Notes: a model not told the origin generated them from the sequence alone. 64,000 nucleotides of DNA from Candidatus Latescibacterota bacterium (GCA_965237675.1 OZ250150.1:3328001-3392000), one strand, 5' to 3'; numbered from the stretch's first letter, positions 24,482 to 35,232 are shown. Made by a program: numbers and translations.

Positions 24482-24880
24482 ATGAGTATGAGCGATCCCG
24501 TTGCTGATATGCTGACCCGTATTCGAAATGCGGCCGGGGCCGGGCACCGGAAAGTAGACATTCCGGGCTCCCGGCTAAAACGTGAATTTGCCCGAATTAT
24601 GAAAGCGAAAGGGTTCATCCACAACTTCGCCTACGTGGAAGACAACCGGCAGGGCTACATCAGGCTCTATCTCAGGTACAGTTCCGACGATGAGAGCGCC
24701 ATTCAAGGATTGGAACGCATCAGCCGGCCGGGGCTCCGTCGTTACGTCGGCGCCGGCGAAATCCCCAGGGTACTCAACGGTCTCGGCATAGCCGTGCTTT
24801 CCACTTCACGGGGTATTCTTACGGATAGCGAGGCCCGCATGGCCGGGGTCGGCGGCGAGGTTCTCTGCCACCTCTGGTAG
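24482..24880 (+). CDS. rpsH: 30S ribosomal protein S8
   Basis: DPVADMLTRIRNA, SRPGLRRY, STSRG. Confidence 0.98.
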   Translation: MSMSDPVADMLTRIRNAAGAGHRKVDIPGSRLKREFARIMKAKGFIHNFAYVEDNRQGYIRLYLRYSSDDESAIQGLERISRPGLRRYVGAGEIPRVLNGLGIAVLSTSRGILTDSEARMAGVGGEVLCHLW

Positions 24881-24895
24881 ATGGGAGGAGTCCAC

Positions 24896-25462
24896 GTGTC
24901 ACGCATTGGAAAACAACCGATTCCACTTCCGGATGACGTTCAGGTCCAGGTTCAGTCGGACGGGGTGCGGGTAAAGGGTAGCAAGGGGGAACTGATGGTC
25001 CGGATTCATCCGTTAACACACGTCCGGCAGGCAGACGGGACGCTTAGTGTGACGGTTGAGGATATTGAAGACCGGGAGTCAAAGGCGGTGTGGGGTCTGA
25101 CACGAGCGTTGTTGGCCAACGCGGTTGAAGGCGTGCGTAACGGCTTTGAAAAACGGCTGGTCGTCGTGGGTGTGGGGTATCGCGCCGAAATGAAGGGTAG
25201 AAGTCTCGATCTACAGGTCGGTTTCAGCCATCCCGTGATTATGGAGCCCCTCGAAGGCGTCGAAATGAGCGTTGAAGCGGCCCCGGCCGATATGGAAACT
25301 GCCCAGGCGTCAATTGTCATTCGGGGTGCGGACAAAGAGCGGGTGGGGCGGATGGCTGCCGATATTCGAAAAGTCCGTCCCCCGGAGCCTTATAAGGGTA
25401 AAGGGATACGGTACTTTAATGAGTATGTTCGTCGTAAGGCCGGTAAGGCCGGTATAAGGTAA
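24896..25462 (+). CDS. rplF: 50S ribosomal protein L6
   Basis: SRIGKQPI, GVGYRA, PEPYKGKGIRY; GTG start after GGAGG inferred. Confidence 0.97.
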   Translation: MSRIGKQPIPLPDDVQVQVQSDGVRVKGSKGELMVRIHPLTHVRQADGTLSVTVEDIEDRESKAVWGLTRALLANAVEGVRNGFEKRLVVVGVGYRAEMKGRSLDLQVGFSHPVIMEPLEGVEMSVEAAPADMETAQASIVIRGADKERVGRMAADIRKVRPPEPYKGKGIRYFNEYVRRKAGKAGIR

Positions 25463-25491
25463 TTTTCGGGACGTATACGGAGTGAATTTTC

Positions 25492-25860
25492 ATGGCAAAT
25501 CCACAGATCCAGAAGGCCAACCTGCGCCGGCGCCGCCGATTGCGAATTCGGAAAAAGATCCGCGGTACGCCCGGGCGGCCCCGATTGGCGGTAAGCAGAA
25601 GTCTGAATCACATTGAGGTGCAACTGATCGACGACACGACGGGCCGGTCCTTGCTTGGACTTTCGAGCAATTCTCGAGAAATCCGAGACACGCTCTCGGG
25701 CAACAAGAGCCAAAAGGGCCGCGAGGTCGGACGCGCCGTAGCAGTCAAAGCGCTGGAGGTCGGCATAAAAACGGTCGTTTTCGATCGGGGCGGCCGCCTG
25801 TATCACGGCCGGATCAAGGCATTGGCCGACGGCGCGCGCGAAGGCGGGTTGCGGTTTTAG
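25492..25860 (+). CDS. rplR: 50S ribosomal protein L18
   Basis: RPRLAV, VVFDRGG, YHGRI. Confidence 0.97.
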   Translation: MANPQIQKANLRRRRRLRIRKKIRGTPGRPRLAVSRSLNHIEVQLIDDTTGRSLLGLSSNSREIRDTLSGNKSQKGREVGRAVAVKALEVGIKTVVFDRGGRLYHGRIKALADGAREGGLRF

Positions 25861-25866
25861 GGGCGG

Positions 25867-26406
25867 TTGCCGGAATCAAAGGAGTTCCATTTGAAACGAA
25901 TAGATCCTGCGGGTTTGGACCTGACCGAAATCGTTATCAATAACAGCCTCAAGCGGGTATCCCACGTGCGCAAGGGCGGCCGTCGGTTCGCATTCAACGT
26001 GATGGTGGTTGTTGGCGACCGTCAGGGTCACGTCGGTGCTGGATTGGGCAAGGCGGGAGAGGTGGCCGAAGCCATCCGCAAAGCCACGGAAAATGCAAAA
26101 AAAGAACTGGTACGTATACCAGTGAATAACGGAACAATACCGCATGAAATTATCGGTAACTTTGGCGCTTCCCGGGTGTTGTTGAGGCCTGCGGCGCCTG
26201 GAACCGGCGTGATCGCCGGGGGAGGTATTCGGGCAGTCCTGGAATTGGCTGGCGTGCAGAACGTGCTGACCAAGTCACTGGGGTCCCAGAATACCCACAA
26301 TACCGTAAAGGCGACGCTTCAGGGTTTGTCCAGCCTCCGCGACGCGCGGGCGTTTGCACAGTTAAGGGATGTCGATGAAGCGGAATTGACCGGTGCTCGG
26401 GAGTAA
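25867..26406 (+). CDS. rpsE: 30S ribosomal protein S5
   Basis: [18 protein letters not shown]; start uncertain. Confidence 0.97.
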   Translation: MPESKEFHLKRIDPAGLDLTEIVINNSLKRVSHVRKGGRRFAFNVMVVVGDRQGHVGAGLGKAGEVAEAIRKATENAKKELVRIPVNNGTIPHEIIGNFGASRVLLRPAAPGTGVIAGGGIRAVLELAGVQNVLTKSLGSQNTHNTVKATLQGLSSLRDARAFAQLRDVDEAELTGARE

Positions 26407-26412
26407 TGCCGC

Positions 26413-26610
26413 ATGGCTCACGATGGAAAAAAGCTGAAAATCATCCAGGTTCGCAGTGTGATTTCACGCAATGAAAAGCAGCGGCGTACGCTCAGGGCGC
26501 TTGGAATCCTCCGTATTCGCCACAGTGTGGTTCATGACGATACGGCGCAAATCCGCGGCATGGTCAACGCGGTTGCGCACCTCGTCGAGGTGAAACAGGA
26601 AGACGGCTGA
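26413..26610 (+). CDS. rpmD: 50S ribosomal protein L30
   Basis: QVRSVI, TLRALG, IRGMV...HLV. Confidence 0.95.
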   Translation: MAHDGKKLKIIQVRSVISRNEKQRRTLRALGILRIRHSVVHDDTAQIRGMVNAVAHLVEVKQEDG

Positions 26611-26685
26611 TCCTGGTGACGGACGTCGGCACGTCCGGCTGAGAAGAACCGGGGTCGTTTACTTGGACGCATAAGGGCTAGCAAG

Positions 26686-27147
26686 ATGAAACCAGGAAAG
26701 CTCAAGCCCCCGTCAGGCGCGGTTAAGAGGCGAAAACGGCTGGGTTGCGGGGTTGGTTCCGGCTGCGGCAAAACAAGCGGAAGAGGCCACAAGGGTCAGA
26801 AGTCCCGTTCGGGCTCGAAAACAAGACCGTGGTTTGAGGGCGGACAGATGCCGTTGCAACGCAGGCTGCCCAAGGTAGGATTCAACAACCCGGCGAAGGT
26901 GGTTTATCAGGTCGTTAACCTGGACGATATCGCCAAGCGGGGATTGTCCGGACAGGTGACGCCCGGACATCTGAAACAGTCGGGTCTGATTCGGTCGATT
27001 CGACGGCCTGTGAAGATTCTGGGTCGAGGTGAGGTTTCCGATGTCATACAGGTTCAGGCACACGCAGTATCCAGGTCGGCCGTCGAGAAAATTGAAAAGG
27101 CCGGAGGGAGTGTCAGCCTGATGGTCGCCGGTTTCAGCGCAGGTTAA
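26686..27147 (+). CDS. rplO: 50S ribosomal protein L15
   Basis: GKTSGRGHKGQKSRSG, FEGGQMPL. Confidence 0.98.
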   Translation: MKPGKLKPPSGAVKRRKRLGCGVGSGCGKTSGRGHKGQKSRSGSKTRPWFEGGQMPLQRRLPKVGFNNPAKVVYQVVNLDDIAKRGLSGQVTPGHLKQSGLIRSIRRPVKILGRGEVSDVIQVQAHAVSRSAVEKIEKAGGSVSLMVAGFSAG

Positions 27148-27161
27148 TTGGAGAGGAGGCG

Positions 27162-28502
27162 TTGGTGCTTCAGAGTTTCCAGAGTGCCTTTCGAATCCCG
27201 GAGTTACGCAATCGTATCCTGTTTACGCTGGGGATTCTGATCGTCTTTCGGATTGGTACGTATGTGACCATACCCGGCATTGACCCAAGGGCTTTGGACG
27301 AATACTTCAGCAGCGCCGCTACCGGCGTCCTGGGATTTTACGATATGTTTGCCGGTGGCGCATTCGGCCGGGCAACCGTTTTCGCGCTGGGAATTATGCC
27401 GTATATCAGCGCGTCCATCATTCTCCAGCTGATGGGCGCTGTCATACCCTTTTTGCAGAAGCTTCAGAAGGAGGGCGAAGAGGGGCGCAAGAAGATCACG
27501 CAATATACCCGCTACGGAACCGTTGCGCTGGCCGCCGCTCAGTCCTTTGGCGTCAGCTTGTTTATGGAAAGCCTCCGATCGCCAATCTCGGGGATGCTGG
27601 TGGTGCCCGATCCGGGTCTGGGCTTCCGGTTGCTGACGATTCTGACCATAACCGCCGGAACCGTGTTTGTTATGTGGCTGGGGGAACAGATTGACGACAG
27701 GGGTATCGGTAACGGGATGTCGATGTTGATTTTTATCGGGATTATTGCTCGTGCGCCCTCGGCCGTCATTCAGGAATATCAGGATTTTGTGGCCAACAAC
27801 AAGCCCATCCTGCTGGAGTTGTTTGTGGTTGTCATTATTGTCGCGGTTACCGCACTGGTGGTGCTCATTACGCAGGGCACGCGGAAGATTCCGGTACAAT
27901 ACGCCAAGCGTGTTGTGGGCAGGCGGGTATATGGCGGCCAGAGCACCCATATTCCACTAAAGGTGAATACCTCCGGTGTGATGCCGATCATTTTCGCACA
28001 GGCCATCATGTTCTTGCCATCCACCCTGGCCAATTTTTTTCCTCAGAACGAGTGGGTGCAGGATATGGCTTCCCGATTCTCGCCCGCCACCACATTACAT
28101 GCCATGCCCTACTGGATGCTCTATTCCACGATGATAATTTTCTTTGCGTATTTCTATACGGCAATCGTGTTCAATCCGGTTGACCTGGCTGACAATATGA
28201 AAAGACAGGGCGGGTTTATTCCCGGAATTCGGCCCGGCAAACGGACATCCGATTTTATCGATCGAATTCTGACTCGAATTACGCTTCCAGGGTCGATTTT
28301 TCTGGCGGCAATCGCGGTTTTCCCATTTTTTATTATCAGTTGGGCCGATGTGAATCCCGGCCTGATCGACTTCTTCGGGGGCACCGGTCTGCTTATCATC
28401 GTAGGTGTGGCGCTGGACACGTTGCAGCAGGTGGAGTCTCATCTCCTGATGCGGCACTACGATGGCTTTATGAAAAAGGGAAGGCTCAGGGGCCGAAGAT
28501 GA
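27162..28502 (+). CDS. secY: Preprotein translocase SecY
   Basis: [30 protein letters not shown]; about 10 TM segments. Confidence 0.99.
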   Translation: MVLQSFQSAFRIPELRNRILFTLGILIVFRIGTYVTIPGIDPRALDEYFSSAATGVLGFYDMFAGGAFGRATVFALGIMPYISASIILQLMGAVIPFLQKLQKEGEEGRKKITQYTRYGTVALAAAQSFGVSLFMESLRSPISGMLVVPDPGLGFRLLTILTITAGTVFVMWLGEQIDDRGIGNGMSMLIFIGIIARAPSAVIQEYQDFVANNKPILLELFVVVIIVAVTALVVLITQGTRKIPVQYAKRVVGRRVYGGQSTHIPLKVNTSGVMPIIFAQAIMFLPSTLANFFPQNEWVQDMASRFSPATTLHAMPYWMLYSTMIIFFAYFYTAIVFNPVDLADNMKRQGGFIPGIRPGKRTSDFIDRILTRITLPGSIFLAAIAVFPFFIISWADVNPGLIDFFGGTGLLIIVGVALDTLQQVESHLLMRHYDGFMKKGRLRGRR

Positions 28503-28518
28503 CCGAAAGGATAAAGGG

Positions 28519-28635
28519 ATGAGGGTTCGCGCGTCCGTTAAGAAACGATGCAACCACTGTAAGATCATACGCAGAAAAGGTGTGGTTCGTGTGATTTGCA
28601 AACACGATCCAAGTCATAAACAGAGACAGGGATAG
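28519..28635 (+). CDS. rpmJ: 50S ribosomal protein L36; not in the ORF track
   Basis: Manual translation [38 protein letters not shown]. Confidence 0.96.
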   Translation: MRVRASVKKRCNHCKIIRRKGVVRVICKHDPSHKQRQG

Positions 28636-28667
28636 GCCTTCGGAAACCGAACGAAGGGGGAGATACA

Positions 28668-29048
28668 ATGGCTCGTATCGCAGGTGTCGATATTCCGCGG
28701 GAAAAGCGGGTCGAAATCGCGCTGACCTATATCTACGGTATTGGCAGAAGCGCGTCGAACAAGATCCTTGAGAAAACGCAGATTTCCCCGGACACCCGCG
28801 TTGACGCTCTGAACGAGGAGGACGTTGCCAAACTCCGGAGCGTGATCGAGGGAGAATACCGGGTGGAGGGCAACCTGAGGAGCGAGGTGGCCATGAATAT
28901 CAAGCGGCTGATGGATATTGGCTGCTATCGCGGGTTTCGCTGGCGGAGGGGGCTCCCGGTGCGCGGCCAGCGGACGCGCACCAATGCCCGCACGAGGAAA
29001 GGGCCGAAAAAAATTCAGATTGCCAAGAAGAAGAAAGCGCAAATTTAA
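28668..29048 (+). CDS. rpsM: 30S ribosomal protein S13
   Basis: [27 protein letters not shown]. Confidence 0.98.
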   Translation: MARIAGVDIPREKRVEIALTYIYGIGRSASNKILEKTQISPDTRVDALNEEDVAKLRSVIEGEYRVEGNLRSEVAMNIKRLMDIGCYRGFRWRRGLPVRGQRTRTNARTRKGPKKIQIAKKKKAQI

Positions 29049-29070
29049 TCAACCGTAAGGAGGCGATCAC

Positions 29071-29460
29071 TTGCCGCCGGAACAGGGAAAAGGCCGACGA
29101 CGGAACAAGCGGGTTGACGGGCAGGGTGTTGCACATATCAAGGCAACGTTCAACAATACCATTGTTACCCTGACCGACAAAGACGGCCACGTGATATCGT
29201 GGTCCACGACGGGAAAGGTTGGATTTAATGGTTCCCGGAAAAGTACACCCTTTGCCGCCCAGTTGGCTGCGGAAGCTGCGGCAAAAGAAGCGATGTCCAT
29301 GGGGCTGCGGCGTGTCGAGGTATGGGTTAAGGGCCCCGGTGTCGGCCGCGAGGCCGCCGTTCGCGCGCTGCAGGCCGCCGGGCTGGAAATCGCAGCCATC
29401 CGCGACGTCACGCCGATTCCCCACAACGGCTGTCGGCCGCCCAAGCGGCGTCGGGTGTAA
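29071..29460 (+). CDS. rpsK: 30S ribosomal protein S11
   Basis: [26 protein letters not shown]. Confidence 0.98.
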   Translation: MPPEQGKGRRRNKRVDGQGVAHIKATFNNTIVTLTDKDGHVISWSTTGKVGFNGSRKSTPFAAQLAAEAAAKEAMSMGLRRVEVWVKGPGVGREAAVRALQAAGLEIAAIRDVTPIPHNGCRPPKRRRV

Positions 29461-29487
29461 CGGCATCCGACCTAGGAGGTCTATTGC

Positions 29488-30117
29488 ATGGCAAGGTATA
29501 CGGATTCGAGCTGTAAATTGTGTCGCCGCGAAGGGGTAAAGTTGTTTCTTAAAGGTGAACGCTGCTACCTGGACAAGTGCTCGTTCGAAAAGCGTAGCTA
29601 TGCACCGGGCATGCACGGACAGAGACAGGGTCGCAAGCCTTCGGAATATGGGCTGCAGCTCAGGGAAAAGCAAAAAGCCAAGCGCCAATACGGCGTGCTG
29701 GAGAGGCAGTTCCGCGGCTATTATCACAAGGCCGCACGCCGGAAGGGCGTAACGGGAGAGCTTCTCCTGCAGACACTAGAGAGTCGCCTGGACAACGTCA
29801 CCCACCGGCTGGGCTTCGCGCCCTCTCACAAGGCGGCGCGTCAGCTGGTGCGTCATCGGCACATCATGGTGAATGGGCGCGTTGTAGACGTTCCTTCTTT
29901 TCAGGTCACGCCCGGCGATACGATTCAGGTACGGGAAAAGAGCCGTCAACTGGCGCTGATCCACGACTCTATCAAGCGGAGCGGCGAGGGGCGGCAGGCT
30001 TCCTGGTTGTCTCTGGACAAAGTCAATCTCACCGGAACTGTCCTCGAATATCCGGACAGGGAGGATATTCCGACACCGGTTGAAGAGCAACTCATCGTCG
30101 AGTTGTATTCGAAATAA
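29488..30117 (+). CDS. rpsD: 30S ribosomal protein S4
   Basis: [27 protein letters not shown]. Confidence 0.98.
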   Translation: MARYTDSSCKLCRREGVKLFLKGERCYLDKCSFEKRSYAPGMHGQRQGRKPSEYGLQLREKQKAKRQYGVLERQFRGYYHKAARRKGVTGELLLQTLESRLDNVTHRLGFAPSHKAARQLVRHRHIMVNGRVVDVPSFQVTPGDTIQVREKSRQLALIHDSIKRSGEGRQASWLSLDKVNLTGTVLEYPDREDIPTPVEEQLIVELYSK

Positions 30118-30207
30118 TAACTGCGGCTTGACGTGGTGTGGCCCCGCTATTCAAGCAATGCACGGGCTGCTGTATTTATTTTCAGAGGATCTAAGGAGAA
30201 TGCTTGT

Positions 30208-31224
30208 ATGAAGCCTAGGAACTTCCAGATGCCCAGGTCCGTCCAGATCGATGAGGATAGCCTCACCAATTCTTACGGAATGTTTACGGTACAACCTCTG
30301 GAACGTGGGTTTGGAACCACGATTGGCAATGCGTTGCGTCGGGTATTGCTCTCATCCATAGAAGGCGCTGCCGTTAAGGCCCTTCGAGTGGAAGGTGTGC
30401 AACATGAGTTCTCCGTTGTATCGGGGGTTGTCGAGGACATGACCGAAGTCGTCCTGAATCTCAAAGAGGTCAACCTGCGGATGCATTCGGACGAAGACAA
30501 GTTGCTTCGAATCGACAAAGTGGGTCCGGGCGCATTGACGGCAAAGGAGTTGGAGGTGGATGCGGATGTTGAAGTCATGAATCCCGATCAGCATATTGCA
30601 TCTCTGGACAAAGACGGCCATCTGGAAATGGAGATTACGGTAGGCAGCGGGCGGGGATATGTGCTGGCCGAAGAGAATAAAGTCACCGAACCCGCTACCG
30701 ATACGATTATGCTCGACTCTGCATTTTCTCCCATCCGAAAAGTGCATTATGAGGTGGATAATGCCCGCGTGGGGCAACAGACGGATTACGACAAGCTTAC
30801 TCTGACAGTCTGGACCAACGGAGCGGTACGGCCCGACGACGCCGTGTCTCACGCGGCAAAGGTACTGAAGGACCATCTGGAACTCTTTATTCACTTCGAG
30901 GAAGAGCCTGAGGAGGAATACGAGGAAATTATCGACGAAGACACACAGCGCGTGGCTTCGCTCCTGCAGATGCCGGTGGAAGAACTGGAACTGTCGGTTC
31001 GTTCCGCCAACTGTTTGAAGGCTGCCAATATTCCGACCCTTGAAGATTTGGTACAAAAGACCGAAACGGAGATGCTGAAGTTTCGTAATTTCGGCCGAAA
31101 ATCACTGAACGAATTAACGGCCATCCTGGAAGGGCTGGGCCTGCAATTCGGCATGGATATAACGAAATACAGCGGGATTGCCGCCAAGATTGAAGAGGTG
31201 GGGGTGCTGGAAGACGAATTTTAA
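30208..31224 (+). CDS. rpoA: RNA polymerase alpha subunit
   Basis: PLERGFGTTIGNALRRVLLSS, LSVRSANCL, NFGRKSL. Confidence 0.99.
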   Translation: MKPRNFQMPRSVQIDEDSLTNSYGMFTVQPLERGFGTTIGNALRRVLLSSIEGAAVKALRVEGVQHEFSVVSGVVEDMTEVVLNLKEVNLRMHSDEDKLLRIDKVGPGALTAKELEVDADVEVMNPDQHIASLDKDGHLEMEITVGSGRGYVLAEENKVTEPATDTIMLDSAFSPIRKVHYEVDNARVGQQTDYDKLTLTVWTNGAVRPDDAVSHAAKVLKDHLELFIHFEEEPEEEYEEIIDEDTQRVASLLQMPVEELELSVRSANCLKAANIPTLEDLVQKTETEMLKFRNFGRKSLNELTAILEGLGLQFGMDITKYSGIAAKIEEVGVLEDEF

Positions 31225-31239
31225 CCGGGAAGACGGGAT

Positions 31240-31791
31240 ATGAGACACGGAAAGAGGGGGCGAAAGCTCGGACGTACAGCCAGCCACAAGAGAGCAACGT
31301 TAAACAACATGGCCACGTCTCTATTTACGTACGGTTCAATTCGCACGACGTACGCAAAGGCCAAGGAGTTGCGTGGTGTGGCCGAACGCCTGATTACATT
31401 TGCCAAGCGGGGCGATTTACATGCCAGAAGGCAGGTCCTGCGGCGGATTCGAAACCAGAGCGTGGTTGCCAAACTTTTTGACGAGATCGCAACTGCATTC
31501 GAGGAACGGAATGGGGGCTATCTGCGGTTACTCAAACTGGGACCTCGACGCGGCGACAGTGTTGAGATGTGTCTGGTGGAGATGGTCGGGGAGGAGTTGA
31601 GGGCCGATTTTTCGGGAAGATCGGAATCTCGCGACGAGGCCGGTTCCGCGAATGAAAACGGGGATACAGGAGAAGCTCCCGCCGAGGAGATCGCTAACCA
31701 ATCGGGCGAATCATCTTCAGTTCCGCCCGATGTGGCCGACTCCGAGGGAGATGGCGAATCCCGAGAGGAACGAGAGCGTACGAAGAAATGA
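31240..31791 (+). CDS. rplQ: 50S ribosomal protein L17 with acidic C-terminal extension
   Basis: MRHG...KLGRT, RNGGY, RRGD. Confidence 0.97.
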   Translation: MRHGKRGRKLGRTASHKRATLNNMATSLFTYGSIRTTYAKAKELRGVAERLITFAKRGDLHARRQVLRRIRNQSVVAKLFDEIATAFEERNGGYLRLLKLGPRRGDSVEMCLVEMVGEELRADFSGRSESRDEAGSANENGDTGEAPAEEIANQSGESSSVPPDVADSEGDGESREERERTKK

Positions 31792-33095
31792 GTCCGTTGC
31801 GTCGCAACAATTGTGGGACGAGAGGGCAAATCGGCAAGTCGGTCGATTTGCCCTTTGTCTTCCGATCCGTTCCGAGGTCGTATCTCGTCTGTCTCTGCCT
31901 TGTACTCTGCCTCTGGGCGGGAGAGGTTGGCGGATCCGACCGGCCGAATGACGAGTTTCGGGGATTGTGGGTGGTTCGCCATTGGTTGAAGAATCGGGCG
32001 CAGGTGATGCGTGCGGTGCAAACCGCCGTAGACGGGCGGTTGAACGCGCTCCTGGTCCAGGTGCGCGGCAGAGGGGATTCCTTTTACCGCAGCCGTGTGG
32101 CACCAAGGGCGGAGTCTCTTTCCGAAACTGAATTCGACCCTCTTGCGCTTATCGTGGAGGAGGGTCACCGCGCGGGGCTGGAAGTGCACGCCTGGGTAAA
32201 TATGTACCTCGCGTGGCACCCGACAGAGCAGCGGCCGGAGTCGAAAGGACATATATTCCTGCGCCACCCCGAGTGGTTCATGCGGTCTGCCGACGGCATT
32301 GACATGGGACGTGTCGAACTCGATGGCGTCGATCTTGTCAAACGCGGTGTAGAAGGGCGATATCTTTCACCTGGCAATCCGGAAGTCAGGACCCATCTGC
32401 TCAAGGTTATCGAAGAGATCGTTGAGAATTACGATATTGACGGCATTCACATGGATTATGTCCGCTATCCCAATATCCACTATGACTACAATCCCGCAGT
32501 GAGCGCCGAGTTTAGGAGGCGGTTCGGCTTCGACCCGGCTGAATGGACACGCAACAAAGAGGAGCCCCGCGGCGAGAAGGGCGCGAGTGATCGCATGGAG
32601 GTATGGGAAAAATGGCGAAGTGAACAGGTCAGCGTGCTGGTTGGCCGAGTGCAGGAGCTGATTGCGCGGCTCAAGCCCGCCGTTAGGTTGTCCGCGGCCG
32701 TCAAGCCGGACATCAAGTCCGCTTACACGCAACACGGCCAGGATTGGATCGGGTGGAGTAACCGCGGGCTGGTGGACTTTGTGGTGCCCATGTTCTACGT
32801 CGGCTCCACGGAGGAGATCGAACTTCAGATGACAGAAGCCAGAAAGCGTGTGAAAAACGGGCGCCTGTATGCGGGAATCGGAATCTGGAATCAAGAAGCC
32901 GACGACACCGTCACCCAGATCGACATCGCGCGACGCGCGGGATTCCAGGGGGTCGTGTTGTTTTCCGTGGATGGTTTCGCGCAGCAGCAGGGTCTGGTGG
33001 GCGAGTTGCGCGCCGGCCCGTTTCGAGGGCCGGCGGCCGGGCCCGAGCCGAATGTGAAGGAGGAGCCCAGAGGTGCTGAAACCCAGGCGCGGTGA
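31788..33095 (+). CDS. Glycoside hydrolase-like family 10 (DUF187/YddW-like) exported protein
   Basis: EFRGLWV, QVRGRGD, DPL...H..GLEVHAW, YDIDGIHMDYVRY, QDW..W; hydrophobic signal segment. Confidence 0.85.
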   Translation: MSPLRRNNCGTRGQIGKSVDLPFVFRSVPRSYLVCLCLVLCLWAGEVGGSDRPNDEFRGLWVVRHWLKNRAQVMRAVQTAVDGRLNALLVQVRGRGDSFYRSRVAPRAESLSETEFDPLALIVEEGHRAGLEVHAWVNMYLAWHPTEQRPESKGHIFLRHPEWFMRSADGIDMGRVELDGVDLVKRGVEGRYLSPGNPEVRTHLLKVIEEIVENYDIDGIHMDYVRYPNIHYDYNPAVSAEFRRRFGFDPAEWTRNKEEPRGEKGASDRMEVWEKWRSEQVSVLVGRVQELIARLKPAVRLSAAVKPDIKSAYTQHGQDWIGWSNRGLVDFVVPMFYVGSTEEIELQMTEARKRVKNGRLYAGIGIWNQEADDTVTQIDIARRAGFQGVVLFSVDGFAQQQGLVGELRAGPFRGPAAGPEPNVKEEPRGAETQAR

Positions 33096-34437
33096 TCAGA
33101 TTGAGATTGATATTGAGCGGCTGGACCGTAGGGGCAACGGTTTGGGTCGGATGGGCGCCTACACCGTGCAGGTGCGTGGCGCAGTGCCGGGAGACCGCGT
33201 CCGGGCGCGAGTGCGAAAGGTCAGAAATCGCTTGCGACGGGCCGAAGCCCGGCTGGTGGAACTCCTCTCCTCCGATATTCAGCGGGCCAGTGCAAGCTGT
33301 TCCCACTTTGGGCTTTGCGGGGGTTGTTTGTGGCAGGATATTCCTTATGAGGCGCAGGTTCAATTGAAGCAGAACATGGTGCGGACCTGCCTGGCGGAGG
33401 CCGGGATTGATGCGGAACCGGACGAACCGATACCTTCCGACGAGCCGTTTTTTTACCGGAACAAGATGGAGTTTTCGTTTGGCCGGTCGCCAGAAGGGCG
33501 GAACGAGGTGGGGCTGCACGTGGCGGGGCGTTTCGACCGAATATTCGACCTGGACGCCTGTTATCTTCAGTCGGAAACGTCCAACAGGATCGTTGAACGC
33601 GTGAGGAGCTTTAGCAGTGGGCTCTCCGTCTACCATCTGAAACGGCACGAAGGCCTGCTCAGATTCCTGACCATACGAGAGGGCAAACTGACGGGTGAAA
33701 CCATGGTTGTGCTGACCACGTCCGGGGAGGCGTTTCCCGAGGCGGAGAAGTTGGGAAAGATGCTGGAGGAGACGTTTCCTGGGGTGAAGAGTGTGATCCG
33801 CAGCGTCAACCTGCGCCGAGCGCAGGTGGCCACGGGCGACCGTGAAGAGGTGCTTGCGGGGATGGGCACCGTCAAAGAAAAATTGGGAGATTTCACGTTT
33901 GAGATATCACCGGGTTCATTTTTTCAAACCAACACGCGACAGGCCCAGCATCTTTACCGGCGGGTGGTTGCGCTGGCCGAACCTGGTCCTGACGACCGGA
34001 TTCTGGATGTGTATTGCGGAACGGGCGCGATTTCGTTGTTTCTATCGCAGAGGGCGGGCTACATTCTGGGCATTGACGTCGTTGAAGGGGCGGTACGCGA
34101 TGCGGTTCGCAACAGCGCCATAAACTGTGTATCCAACTGCCGGTTCATCGCGGGTGCGGCGGAAGATATTCTGTGGCAGGTCCGGGAGCAGGGCGAACGA
34201 TTTGAAACCGTGGTCACCGATCCCCCGCGGCCGGGTATGCATTTAAAGGCGTTAACCGCGATCTGTGATCTGCGTCCGGAGCGCATCGTGTATGTCTCGT
34301 GCAACCCGGAGGCGTTGGGTACGGACCTGAAGCGCCTGGAAGGCGCGGGTTACAAGACGGACTACGTGCAGCTTGTGGATATGTTCCCACATACGCCGCA
34401 CTGCGAGGTTGTGGCGCGGTTGATCAATAAAGCCTGA
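33073..34437 (+). CDS. rlmD: 23S rRNA (uracil-C5)-methyltransferase RlmD
   Basis: TRAM domain, C-x5-CGGC Fe-S motif, YRNKMEF, FFQTN, DPPR, YVSCNP, DMFPHTPHCE. Confidence 0.92.
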   Translation: MLKPRRGDQIEIDIERLDRRGNGLGRMGAYTVQVRGAVPGDRVRARVRKVRNRLRRAEARLVELLSSDIQRASASCSHFGLCGGCLWQDIPYEAQVQLKQNMVRTCLAEAGIDAEPDEPIPSDEPFFYRNKMEFSFGRSPEGRNEVGLHVAGRFDRIFDLDACYLQSETSNRIVERVRSFSSGLSVYHLKRHEGLLRFLTIREGKLTGETMVVLTTSGEAFPEAEKLGKMLEETFPGVKSVIRSVNLRRAQVATGDREEVLAGMGTVKEKLGDFTFEISPGSFFQTNTRQAQHLYRRVVALAEPGPDDRILDVYCGTGAISLFLSQRAGYILGIDVVEGAVRDAVRNSAINCVSNCRFIAGAAEDILWQVREQGERFETVVTDPPRPGMHLKALTAICDLRPERIVYVSCNPEALGTDLKRLEGAGYKTDYVQLVDMFPHTPHCEVVARLINKA

Positions 34438-34520
34438 GCTTCCGGTCCATCGCAGGCAATTGACAGACAGAGCAGAGGGCGTTTACGCCGTCTGCTTTCT
34501 CCGGTTTTGCTTACCTCAGT

Positions 34521-34994
34521 TCAATCCCTGCTGATATCCAGAATCTCGTATGCGAGCGTGCCTACCGGTACCGTCGCTTCCACCCGATCGCCAACGCCTT
34601 TGCCCAGAAGGGCGCGGCCAACAGGGGATTGTGTCGAGATCTTGTTCTGTTCGAAATCGGCCTCGTCGGTCGATACCAGGGTATACCGGATCTGTGCGCC
34701 GGTACTGCGGTCCTTTAGCGTGACCGTGGCGCCCAGATAAGCCTTATCCTTGGCCATCAGACTTTCGTCAATGATTTCAGATCGAACCAGTTTGTCCTGG
34801 AATTCGGCGATCTTTTTCTCGACGAACATCTGTCGCTCTTTTGCGCTATGGTATTCCGCGTTCTCGCGCAGGTCTCCATGTTCCCGGGCTCTGGCGATGG
34901 CCTCGATAACCGCCGGCCGTTCCTGAGTTCGAAGCCGTTCCAGTTCAGTCCAGATTTTCTTGTAACCGTCTCTTGTGAGGTAAAGTCGATCCAT
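34521..34994 (-). CDS. greA: Transcription elongation factor GreA
   Basis: HGDLRENAEY, IS..SPVGRALLG. Confidence 0.96.
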   Translation of the reverse strand: MDRLYLTRDGYKKIWTELERLRTQERPAVIEAIARAREHGDLRENAEYHSAKERQMFVEKKIAEFQDKLVRSEIIDESLMAKDKAYLGATVTLKDRSTGAQIRYTLVSTDEADFEQNKISTQSPVGRALLGKGVGDRVEATVPVGTLAYEILDISRD

Positions 34995-35147
34995 TGTCGT
35001 GTCTCACTCCCTCGTTTGCGGATTACAGGGACTCACGGACCATGTTGTCTAGAGAAAAAACATCGGGGGGTCCTGATCTGCCGACAGCCCCGTCGGGTAA
35101 GTCGAAAACGACTGTGGAGAATCCGGAAATGGACGCTAAAGTGCTTA

Positions 35148-35176
35148 AAAATAAGGTCTTTTTTGAATAAAGTCAA
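35148..35176 (-). promoter_or_regulatory. sigma70 promoter for greA
   Basis: Minus strand TTGACT-17-TATTTT. Confidence 0.6.
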
Positions 35177-35203
35177 GATCAAAAGGACCATGGCAGGATG
35201 GGT

Positions 35204-35232
35204 TTGACATCTTCGGCAAAGGTTCGTATACT
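35204..35232 (+). promoter_or_regulatory. sigma70 promoter for the dapA-like gene
   Basis: TTGACA-17-TATACT. Confidence 0.75.
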
